DNA from: an uncultured Thermoplasmata archaeon
GTDB taxonomy: Archaea; Thermoplasmatota; Thermoplasmata; RBG-16-68-12
Length of the DNA stretch: 64,000 nt
Direction of reading: 5' to 3'
Assembly (NCBI GenBank): GCA_963768855.1
Contig: CAVYJM010000011.1
Span: forward strand, 288,001 to 352,000
The translations under genes and the position numbers were made by a program. Of this stretch, positions 50,946 to 59,420 are shown one piece after another. The number at the start of each line of letters is the position of its first letter. Within the stretch, counting starts at the first letter, position 1. The notes beneath the pieces are model-generated. The model was not told the origin of the DNA. It ran no database searches and worked only from the letters and a program-made list of their open reading frames with translations.

Positions 50946-52223
50946 TCAGTCCAGGCTCGCCTTGTCGAACATCCGCGCATCCTCGCCGAGGGGCTTCGTC
51001 GCGTCGATCCCGACCTTCGAGGTGAACCCGTCCTTCGCGCTCGGATCGATTGAGGAGCCGCGCACCCCATGGAGGACGACGAGCCCGCGGTCCGCTTGGA
51101 ACCGCGTGGCCACGGCCCACTCCACGTCCCGGTCGTCGTACACGTCGATGTCCTCGTCGACGACCGTGACCTGCTTCATCGAGGTGTGCGCGCCGAACGC
51201 TGCCATGATCGCATTCTTCGCGTCGCCCTGATGCTGCTTCCGGATCGACACGATCCCGTGGAGCCAGGCGCACCCGCCTTCCGTGAGCCGCACGGCCTTC
51301 ACGTGGGGCACGGCGCGGGAGACGGCCTGGTAGATCGCGGGTTCGCGAGGCATCCCCATGAACAGGAAGTGCTCGTCGAGTCCGCCGACGATGATGTGGA
51401 AGATGGGCTGGTCGACGTGGTAGATGCGGTCCACGACGAGGACGGGTTCCTTGCGGACGATGTCATAGGTCCGCACCGCATCGACGAAGGGCCCTTCGTC
51501 CGCGGTCTCCTTCGTGAGCCGCCCCTCCAGCACGTACTCCGCGTCCGCCGGGACCGTGAGGCCGCTCTGGATCTGGACCATGTCCACGGGTTTCTTCAGG
51601 GATGCCTGCGTCAGGGCGGAGGCGATTCGGCTCTCATCGACGCCGTATTCGACGGACGTTCCGCCGCCGATGAGGAGCGCGGGGTCCAGGCCGACGCAGA
51701 CCGCGACCTTGAGCTCCTCCCCCGCTTTGATCGCCTCGTTGTACATGTGCCGCAGGTGGCGGGGCACGATCCGGCAGGCGCCCCGTCGCTCGTCCAGGAT
51801 CTGGATCCGGTGGAAGGAGAGGTTCCGCGCGCCCTGCCATTCCGCGACCCAGACGCCCGCAGTGATGTACCGGCCCGCGTCCTTCGGGTAGAGCTTGGGT
51901 ACGGGAGAGTCGAGGAGGTCGACGTCCGTGGACGCGTTCTTCTGGAAGGGTGCTCGGTCCACGAGCCGCGTGTCCTTCGGGTGGGACTGCGCCTCGAGGA
52001 GCTGGGCGAGCAGGTCTCCCTTCGTGACGCCCAGGGCGGCCGCCACGCGATCGCGGGTCGACCAGATGTTCCCGGCGGCCTCGAAGCCGTCGAGGTCCGT
52101 GAAGGCGACGGGGACGTTCGGGTGGGCGAGCAGGTGGCGCGTGACCTCGATCTCGCGGCTCACCTTCTCCTTGATCGTGATCGTCTCGTCGGCGAAGCGC
52201 TCGAGCCAGGGGCGCACGGCCAT
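50946..52223 (-). CDS. UbiD-family (prFMN) decarboxylase
   Basis: DAGRYIT, PADAEYVLEG, EGPFVD, EGGCAWLHG, VVDEDID, WAVATRFQ, KVGIDAT. Confidence 0.92.
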   Translation of the reverse strand: MAVRPWLERFADETITIKEKVSREIEVTRHLLAHPNVPVAFTDLDGFEAAGNIWSTRDRVAAALGVTKGDLLAQLLEAQSHPKDTRLVDRAPFQKNASTDVDLLDSPVPKLYPKDAGRYITAGVWVAEWQGARNLSFHRIQILDERRGACRIVPRHLRHMYNEAIKAGEELKVAVCVGLDPALLIGGGTSVEYGVDESRIASALTQASLKKPVDMVQIQSGLTVPADAEYVLEGRLTKETADEGPFVDAVRTYDIVRKEPVLVVDRIYHVDQPIFHIIVGGLDEHFLFMGMPREPAIYQAVSRAVPHVKAVRLTEGGCAWLHGIVSIRKQHQGDAKNAIMAAFGAHTSMKQVTVVDEDIDVYDDRDVEWAVATRFQADRGLVVLHGVRGSSIDPSAKDGFTSKVGIDATKPLGEDARMFDKASLD

Positions 52224-52354
52224 GGGAATCCCGGGCCGCGGTATGCCGGGGACGCGTTAGAAAGCTTTGCGAGCTCCCAGGGCGGAACGACGTGGACGGG
52301 CGGGTCGGACGCGTCTGGGTACCAGGTGGGCCGGCGGCTTGTCTGCGGAGGTCC

Positions 52355-53302
52355 TCAGGGCGGCCAGAGCGGCGGCGGGCTGCGGTCAGGCGGCTCCGCG
52401 GACGGAGGCTCCCGCGGGCCCCGGGGCGGGCGTCGCATGAGGAAGTAGCCCGCCCCCGCCATCGCCGCGACGGCCGCGCCGCCCAGGCCGACGGCGAGGG
52501 GCCCCACGTCGAAAGCCGATCCCCCGTTTCCGGGACCGGGTTGGGACGATTCCCCCGGTCCGAGGACCGTCATCGTGACGTTCAGTTCGCGGTTCGGAGA
52601 TCCGGGCTCGACGGGCGTCACGTTGTTCACGGCGATGCGCAAGGTGTGGTTCCCTGCCTGAACGGCCCTGAACGCGGGAAAGGAGACCGTCGCCCCGGCC
52701 GAGGCCGGGAGGGGTCCGACCAGCGCCTGATTCCCGAGGAACGAGACGCTGCCATCGGGCCGCACATCATAGGCGAGGATCGAGGCCGTGGCCGCGGATG
52801 CGGTCCCCCGGTTCAGGAGGTCGACCGTCAGGTGGACCGAATCGTTGACGTGCGGCTCCGCGGGGGAGACCCCTGCACGGATGGGGAGGACCTCCGGAGC
52901 GGGGATCGGGGGTGGCGGCGCGGAGCCGACGTGGATCCCGATAGACGCGGTCGCGGTCAGGTTGCGCGCGTCGGCGACGAGGACGGAGGCCGTTACGTTG
53001 GCCGCTTTCGTGAACGCATGAGCCGCAAGGGGCGAACTCTGCCATCCCGTCCCCGCCCCGTCTCCGAAGTCAAATCGGTACGCGACAATCCGCCCTTTGC
53101 CCTGATCGTGTCCCAGGCTCGCGGAGGCGTTGAAGTGCACGACCTGGCCGATGGCCGGGTAGGTGTCGTCGACGCGAAGGGCGGCGATGGGCCCCTCCGG
53201 GATCGCGCTCGCTACCGCGAGAAGACTGAACGCGACCGCCCACACGGCCAGAGCGATCCCCGCACGTCGGCGGAGGGCTACGTACGTCCTCCGGGAACCC
53301 AC
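52355..53302 (-). CDS. PKD + CARDB surface protein with TM anchor
   Basis: FNASAS...YRFDFGDG (PKD), LTVDLLNRGT...GNHTLRIAV (CARDB-like), TM and Pro-rich tail. Confidence 0.82.
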   Translation of the reverse strand: MGSRRTYVALRRRAGIALAVWAVAFSLLAVASAIPEGPIAALRVDDTYPAIGQVVHFNASASLGHDQGKGRIVAYRFDFGDGAGTGWQSSPLAAHAFTKAANVTASVLVADARNLTATASIGIHVGSAPPPPIPAPEVLPIRAGVSPAEPHVNDSVHLTVDLLNRGTASAATASILAYDVRPDGSVSFLGNQALVGPLPASAGATVSFPAFRAVQAGNHTLRIAVNNVTPVEPGSPNRELNVTMTVLGPGESSQPGPGNGGSAFDVGPLAVGLGGAAVAAMAGAGYFLMRRPPRGPREPPSAEPPDRSPPPLWPP

Positions 53303-53383
53303 GTTCCGGGAGGCCCGGTGGCTCGCTTAAAGTTTCCCAGGTTCCGCCAGAAGTCTAAATAGCCGCACCCGGTTCGGACCGCC

Positions 53384-55057
53384 GTGCCCGCGCAGTCCGC
53401 GCGCAAGTACGCGCTCCAGAACGCCGTCCTCCATGGCGGCCAGGCCGAGGCGAAGGCCGTCCTGGGCAAGCTCCTCGCGGAGGACCCGGCCCTGCGCCCC
53501 CGGGCGAAAGAGGTGTCCGGCGAGGTCGAGCGCGTCGTGGCCGAGGTCAACGCCCTCTCGGCCGAGGCCCAGAAGGACGCGCTCGCCCAGCTCGCCCCCG
53601 AGCTCCTCGAGAAACCGAAGGGCGAGACGGGCCCGAAGGAGCTCCCGGCCCTCCCGGGCGCGGTCGATGGCGCGGTGGTCGGACGCCTCGCGCCCTATCC
53701 GAGCGGCCCGCTCCACATCGGCAACGCGCGGGCCTTCGTCCTGAACGACGCCTACGTGAAGCGGTACCACGGGAAGCTCATCCTCGCGTTCGACGACACG
53801 ATCGGCTCGGAGGAGAAGCCCGTCCTGCCGGAGGCGTACGACCAGGTCAAGGCCGGCCTCGACTGGGCCGGGGTCACGTATCACGAGATCCTGTACAAGA
53901 GCGACCGCATCCCGATCCATTACGAATGGGCGCAGAAACTCCTGGAACTGGACGCCGCGTACGCCTGCACGTGCGACGCGGACACCCTCCGGAGGAACCG
54001 GGAGGCCGGCCGGGCGTGCGAGCACCGCGGCCAGGACGCGGACGAGACGATTGCGATCTGGAAGGCAATGCTCGACGGGGAGTATGAGGAGGGCCAGGCC
54101 GTCCTGCGGCTCAAGACGGACATGCAGGACCCGAACCCCGCGTTCCGCGACCGCGTCCTCTTCCGCGTGTCCCACCGGGAGCATCCCCGCGTGGGCACGC
54201 GGTACCACGTCTGGCCCATGCTCGAGTTCTCCTGGGCGGTGGACGACCACCTCCTCGGCGTGACCCACGTGATCCGCGGGAAGGACCTCGTCATCGAGGA
54301 CCAGATGGAGACGCGGCTCTGGGACCTCCTCGGGATCGAGCGCCGGCCCGCGTTCGTCCACTTCGGCATCCTCCGGTTCAAGGACCTCGAACTCTCGAAG
54401 TCCCGCTACCGGCGCGAGATCGCAGAGGGCCGGCTCACCGGAATCGACGACCCGCGGACCTGGTCCCTCCAGTCCCTCGCGCGCCGAGGCATCCGGCCCG
54501 CAGCCCTCCGGGAGTTCGTCCTGGACTTCGGCCTGAGCCTATCGGACATCGAGGTCGCCGCGGAGACGCTCTACGCCGCGAACCGGAAGCTCGTGGACGC
54601 GGACGCGAACCGCTACTTCTTCGTGCCCGAGCCGGTAGCCGTGGACCTGCACGGCCTGCCGCCGACCGAGACGGTCCACGCGCCGCTCCATCCGGACTTC
54701 CCGGGTCGCGGGAAGCGGGCGATCCCCGTCGGACCGAAGGTCCACGTGGCGAAGGAGGACTTCGACCGACTCCGCGGGCAGGAGGTCCGCCTCAAGGACT
54801 TCTGCAACGTGGTCCTGGACCACCGCGCGACCTTCGTCTCCATGGAGAACAAGGACATCCCGAAGATCCAGTGGGTCTCCCACGGAGGCGTGCAGACCCA
54901 CGTCGTCATGCCGACTGGTTTCGAGTCGCGCGGCCTCGCGGAGCCCGCGGTGGCCTCCCTCAAGGTCGAGGACGTGATCCAGTTCGAGCGGGTCGGGTTC
55001 GCCCGGATCGACCACGTGAGCCACGCCGAGGTGCGGGCGTACTTCGCCCACCGCTGA
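53384..55057 (+). CDS. gltX: glutamyl-tRNA synthetase (archaeal)
   Basis: PSGPLHIGN, FDDT, RGKD, LSKS, GIDDPR, QFERVGFARID. Confidence 0.96.
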   Translation: MPAQSARKYALQNAVLHGGQAEAKAVLGKLLAEDPALRPRAKEVSGEVERVVAEVNALSAEAQKDALAQLAPELLEKPKGETGPKELPALPGAVDGAVVGRLAPYPSGPLHIGNARAFVLNDAYVKRYHGKLILAFDDTIGSEEKPVLPEAYDQVKAGLDWAGVTYHEILYKSDRIPIHYEWAQKLLELDAAYACTCDADTLRRNREAGRACEHRGQDADETIAIWKAMLDGEYEEGQAVLRLKTDMQDPNPAFRDRVLFRVSHREHPRVGTRYHVWPMLEFSWAVDDHLLGVTHVIRGKDLVIEDQMETRLWDLLGIERRPAFVHFGILRFKDLELSKSRYRREIAEGRLTGIDDPRTWSLQSLARRGIRPAALREFVLDFGLSLSDIEVAAETLYAANRKLVDADANRYFFVPEPVAVDLHGLPPTETVHAPLHPDFPGRGKRAIPVGPKVHVAKEDFDRLRGQEVRLKDFCNVVLDHRATFVSMENKDIPKIQWVSHGGVQTHVVMPTGFESRGLAEPAVASLKVEDVIQFERVGFARIDHVSHAEVRAYFAHR

Positions 55058-55147
55058 ACGCCGCCATGCCCAGTTGGGCGTACGGTCCGTCCCGGGACGC
55101 CGGGGTCTGCGGTCAACCTTTTCTACGTCATGGTTCTTCTGCCTGTC

Positions 55148-56308
55148 ATGGTCCGCTTCGCGAAGCGCGTTACCTCGATCGAGTCCTCCCCGACCGTCCG
55201 ACTCGGCAACCTCGTCACGGAGATGAAGGCCCGCGGCGAGAAGGTTCTCTCCCTGTCCGTGGGCGAGCCGGACTTTCCCACGCCGGCGCACATCGTCGAG
55301 GCGGGCAAGAAGGCCCTCGACGAGGGATTCACGAAGTACACCTCCTCCGTGGGCATCAAGGAGCTGCGGGAGGCGATCGCGGAGAAGTCCGTCCACGAGA
55401 ACGGGATCCCCGCGAAGCCCGAGAACGTGCTCGTCGCGCCGACGAAGCACACGCTGTTCATGGCGTGCCTGGCCCTCCTCGAGCCCGGTGACGAGGCAAT
55501 CATCCCAGACCCGGGCTGGGTCTCGTACGGGCCCATGGTGGTCCTCGCGGGCGCTAAGCCCGTCCCCGTGCGTGCCGCGGACGACGAAGGCTTCGTGCCC
55601 ACGCCCGAGGCCCTCGCGGAGCGCATCACCCCCCGGACGCGGATGCTCATGCTGAACTCCCCCTCAAACCCCGCCGGATCCGTGTACCCGCGGGCGACCA
55701 TGAAAGGGATCGCGGACCTCGCGAAGGATCACGACCTCGTCGTCGTGAGCGACGAGATCTACGAGAAGATCCTCTACGAGGGCGAGCACGTGTCGCCCGC
55801 CTCGCTCGACGGGATGTTCGACCGCACGGTCACGGTGAACGGCTTCTCCAAGACGTACTCCATGACGGGATGGCGGCTCGGTTGGCTCGTGGCCCCCGCG
55901 CCGATTCTCAAGGAGGTCTCGAAAATTCAGGAGCACACGATCACCTGTGCCACCGCGTTCGCGCAGAAAGCGGGGGTCGTGGCGTTGCGAGGCCCGACCG
56001 AGCCGCTCCAGAAGATGGTCGCGGAGTTCCGCGCGCGGCGGGATCTCATCTGCGCGGAGCTCGCGAAGATCGACCGAGTCGCCTGCTTCCGCCCCTCCGG
56101 GGCGTTCTACGTCTTCCCGAAGTTCGAGGTGCCGATCGACGACGTCGCGCTGGGAGAGAAACTGTTGAAAGAGGCCCAGGTCGCGATCACGCCCGGCAGC
56201 TCGTTCGGCGCCGCGGGCGCGGACCACCAGCGTCTCTCCTACGCGGCCTCGCGCGAGACGATCACGCAGGCCGTCGCCCGCATCGCCCAGGTCGTGTCGA
56301 AGCTCTAG
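55148..56308 (+). CDS. class I/II PLP aminotransferase (aspartate aminotransferase-like)
   Basis: GEPDFPTP, NSPSNPAG, SDEIYE, NGFSKTYSMTGWRLG. Confidence 0.95.
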   Translation: MVRFAKRVTSIESSPTVRLGNLVTEMKARGEKVLSLSVGEPDFPTPAHIVEAGKKALDEGFTKYTSSVGIKELREAIAEKSVHENGIPAKPENVLVAPTKHTLFMACLALLEPGDEAIIPDPGWVSYGPMVVLAGAKPVPVRAADDEGFVPTPEALAERITPRTRMLMLNSPSNPAGSVYPRATMKGIADLAKDHDLVVVSDEIYEKILYEGEHVSPASLDGMFDRTVTVNGFSKTYSMTGWRLGWLVAPAPILKEVSKIQEHTITCATAFAQKAGVVALRGPTEPLQKMVAEFRARRDLICAELAKIDRVACFRPSGAFYVFPKFEVPIDDVALGEKLLKEAQVAITPGSSFGAAGADHQRLSYAASRETITQAVARIAQVVSKL

Positions 56309-56314
56309 CGGGCC

Positions 56315-56974
56315 TCACTTCGCGCCGCGCGACCGAAGCCACTCCGCGGTCTCGGGATGCTTGTACTCGAGCGCGATGGATACCGCGGTCTTCCCCTGTT
56401 CCGTCTCCGCGGTCAGGTCGCCCCCGTGCGCGACGAGCATCTCGAGGATCGGGACGGAGCCGCCCATGGCGGCCTCGAGGACCGGCGTCAGGCCTCCCTC
56501 GTACCAGTAGTTCGGATCCGCGCCCGCGTCCAGGAGCCGCCGCACGACCTCGCGGTGGCCCGAGGAGACCGCGCCCGTCAGGGCGGTGAACCTCCCGCGG
56601 TTCTTCGCCACCTGATTCACGTCCGCGCCCTTCGCGAGCAGGTACTCGACGATCGCGTCGTGCCCCATGTACGTCGCCAGGCCGAGCGGCGGGAAGTCGT
56701 CCGCCGAGTAGGCGCCCACGGACGCCGGGTCCGCCTCGACAAGCTGCTTCACCCGCGGCAGGTCGCCCACGGTCGCCGCGGCATGGAGGTCCAGGACCGG
56801 CCTCCGGGCCAGGATGGCCTTCGACACGTCGCCGTGGCCGTAGTACAGCGCCAAGACGACCGCATGGACGCCCGCCGGCGTCCGCGCGTCCTTGAGCGCC
56901 GGGTCCGCGCTCAGCATGGCTTCAACCCGGCCCGCGTCGCCCGCCTGGACTGCATTCAAGAATTCCTCGGACAT
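56315..56974 (-). CDS. ankyrin repeat protein
   Basis: repeats LHAAATVGD, PLGLATYMGH, TALTGAVSSGH, TPVLEAAMGG, TAVSIALEYKH. Confidence 0.88.
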   Translation of the reverse strand: MSEEFLNAVQAGDAGRVEAMLSADPALKDARTPAGVHAVVLALYYGHGDVSKAILARRPVLDLHAAATVGDLPRVKQLVEADPASVGAYSADDFPPLGLATYMGHDAIVEYLLAKGADVNQVAKNRGRFTALTGAVSSGHREVVRRLLDAGADPNYWYEGGLTPVLEAAMGGSVPILEMLVAHGGDLTAETEQGKTAVSIALEYKHPETAEWLRSRGAK

Positions 56975-57023
56975 GGATCCGGCCGTACTCGGCGCGTCCG
57001 CTATAACGGTTTTGGGAAATCCG

Positions 57024-57072
57024 AAAAGTGGAGAAAGGAAAAGGGAAGGGGTAGGCCCCTTGCGGGGCCTAC
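57024..57072 (-). terminator. hairpin + pyrimidine-tract terminator of the 739-aa surface protein gene
   Basis: perfect 9-bp stem GTAGGCCCC/GGGGCCTAC (57051-57072), then CCCTTCCCTTTTCCTTTC on the minus strand. Confidence 0.65.
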
Positions 57073-57076
57073 GTGC

Positions 57077-59296
57077 TCATTGCACGACCTGGGTCTCGCC
57101 GCACGACGGGCACATGACCTCGATCGGCCGCTTGCTCGTCGTGATCTCGATCGACGCGCCGCAGTGCTTGCAGGCGACGGACATCGGTCCGGAGACCTGC
57201 TGGCTCGGCCCGCTCGGGGGCGGGGGCGGCGGCGTGCTCGGCTTGCCCGTCTCGGGGCCCGCGGGCGTCCGTCCCATGCCGGTCCTCCGCCAGAGGAGGA
57301 TGACCACCAGGAGGAGCACCACGAACAGCAGCGTGATCAGAATGTCGAACAGGGGCACGCCACCGATGTCCGCGACGAGCGGGTTGACGGGGCCCACATG
57401 CACGATCAAGAGCTCGGCCGCTCCCGTGTTCAGCTCGAAGACCTGCAGGAGGACGTTCCCGGTCGGGGAGTTCGCGGGGATGACCAGGCTCAGGGTCCCC
57501 GTCGGGCTCGAGGTCGTCACGAACTGGGTCGCGGTGCCGTACAGGGACACGCTGAACTCGTACTGCGACGGGAGGGCCGAGAGTCCGCGACCCGTGACCG
57601 TGTACGAGATCGTCATCGTGTCTCCCGGGACGTAGTTCGACCGGTCCAGGGTGAGGGTCAGGAAGTACCCGGAGGCCTGGTCCGCCGTCACCTGGGCTTG
57701 GAGGCGCATCCCACCCTGGCTCGCGACCACGGTGAACGTGTAGTACTGGGCCGCGGGGGTCGGGATCGTGTAGGTCGCGCTCCCGCCCGAGGTGGGGCCG
57801 GACTGGACCGTGGTGCCCGTCGAGTCGACGATCTGCAGGAGGTAGGTCGGGCTCGTCATCACGTTCGACGACAGGCTGTAGGTCGCCGTGATCGCGTCGC
57901 CGGCGTTGTACTCGAGCTCGTTCAGGTTCAGGCTGAGGTACCCATAGGCGACGTTCGTGTGCGCGTTTCCGAACACGAGCGTCCCGTTGCCGTCGTTGAC
58001 CTCGACCTGGATGATCAGATAGGCCGGCAAGGCAATCTGGTAGTCCGAGGGGATCGTGTACGCGTAGTCCGCCGTGCCGCCGAACTGGGTCGCGAGGATG
58101 AGGCCCGTTCCCGACTCCGAGACGATCCAGGAGTAGGTCAGCGGGAGGCTCTCCGTGGTCACGACGGTCGCCGTGGCATGGATCGTGTCGCCGCTCCGGT
58201 ATTGGAGCTTGTCCAAGGTGACGGACACGGTCAGGACGGAGGCCGGCGCGACGCTGAATCCCGCCACCTCCGTCGCGGACTGCACGCCGTGGGACGTCCC
58301 GGTCGCGGAGAGCTCGTAGTCTGCCGTGGTCGGCGCCGCGGCGAGCACAAAGGAGTACGTCAGGACGCCGGTCCCGTCGGTCGTCAGTCCCGTGGACCCG
58401 TACGCGGGCACGAGGTTCCCCGTGCCCAGGTCCGTCACGTTGATCTGGACCGGGACGTTCGGCTCGAGGTAGCCCCCTGGGACGCCGGTGATCCTCGTCT
58501 GGATGGTCGCCGTCACGAGGTCCCCTGGGTTGTAAGGGGCCCCGGAGAGCCCGGTCACGGTGATCCCGAGGGTGCCGATCCGGAACGTGGCGAACACGTG
58601 GACGGCCCGGAGGGCCGCCGTGTCGTTGAACCAAAACTCGATCGTCCCCGTCTCGGGCACGGCCTGGGCCGTGCCGATCGTGAAGGCGTAGCTGCTCTGA
58701 GACGCCGTGATGTTGGCCTCGGCCGCGGACAGCAGGTTGGCCCCCGTGGAGTCATGGACTTGGATCGCCCCGACGCCCGGCGGCGCGGGGGTGTAGTTCT
58801 GCTCGTACACGATGACCCAGCTGACCGTCACGGTGTCGCCCGGCAGGTAGGCCCGCCGGTCCGTGTAGAGCGCATAGTTGTACTGTCGGATCGTGAAGCC
58901 GACCGGGCCAGCGTTTGTAGCGTCCGTGGTGTCCTGCGCAGTGACCCGGTACGTGGCCGCGTCGGGCCAGACCGTCGGGATCGTCCAGTTGACCTCGCGG
59001 ATGCCCGAGGCCGGCATGATGATGGCGGTGTTCGCGGTCGGGGTCCCGGAGATGTCCTGGATGGTCAGGGTGACGGAGTCTGTCGCCGTGGCGTAGACCG
59101 TGATGCTCATGATCTCGCCGGGGACGAACGTGTGCCCGCCCCAGTATTTGCTGTTCGCTACCGTGAGTCCCGGCGGCGTGAAGGCCGCACGGCCCGTTGG
59201 AAAGGCGACGAGGCCGACGGTGGCCACCATCGCGATTGCAAGCGAGACCGCCAGCAGCCGCACGAGGTTCCGGCTCCGCAGAGTTTGTAGTGCCAT
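57077..59296 (-). CDS. surface protein with macroglobulin(MG2)-like repeats, TM anchor and cytoplasmic Zn ribbon
   Basis: repeats TDRRAYLPGD, LDKLQYRSGD, LNELEYNAGD, LDRSNYVPGD; TM; Pro linker; CKHC...CPSC. Confidence 0.85.
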   Translation of the reverse strand: MALQTLRSRNLVRLLAVSLAIAMVATVGLVAFPTGRAAFTPPGLTVANSKYWGGHTFVPGEIMSITVYATATDSVTLTIQDISGTPTANTAIIMPASGIREVNWTIPTVWPDAATYRVTAQDTTDATNAGPVGFTIRQYNYALYTDRRAYLPGDTVTVSWVIVYEQNYTPAPPGVGAIQVHDSTGANLLSAAEANITASQSSYAFTIGTAQAVPETGTIEFWFNDTAALRAVHVFATFRIGTLGITVTGLSGAPYNPGDLVTATIQTRITGVPGGYLEPNVPVQINVTDLGTGNLVPAYGSTGLTTDGTGVLTYSFVLAAAPTTADYELSATGTSHGVQSATEVAGFSVAPASVLTVSVTLDKLQYRSGDTIHATATVVTTESLPLTYSWIVSESGTGLILATQFGGTADYAYTIPSDYQIALPAYLIIQVEVNDGNGTLVFGNAHTNVAYGYLSLNLNELEYNAGDAITATYSLSSNVMTSPTYLLQIVDSTGTTVQSGPTSGGSATYTIPTPAAQYYTFTVVASQGGMRLQAQVTADQASGYFLTLTLDRSNYVPGDTMTISYTVTGRGLSALPSQYEFSVSLYGTATQFVTTSSPTGTLSLVIPANSPTGNVLLQVFELNTGAAELLIVHVGPVNPLVADIGGVPLFDILITLLFVVLLLVVILLWRRTGMGRTPAGPETGKPSTPPPPPPSGPSQQVSGPMSVACKHCGASIEITTSKRPIEVMCPSCGETQVVQ

Positions 59297-59420
59297 CTGA
59301 ACCCATCCCGTGTTAGCGCCGCGGGGGTGCTCCCCGCGGTCGGGCCGCGATGGTGTCTGACATACTTAATGATTTTGTCCGGTCCGCGTCCGACGGAAGG
59401 GCCTCCATCCGGGCGGCGCG

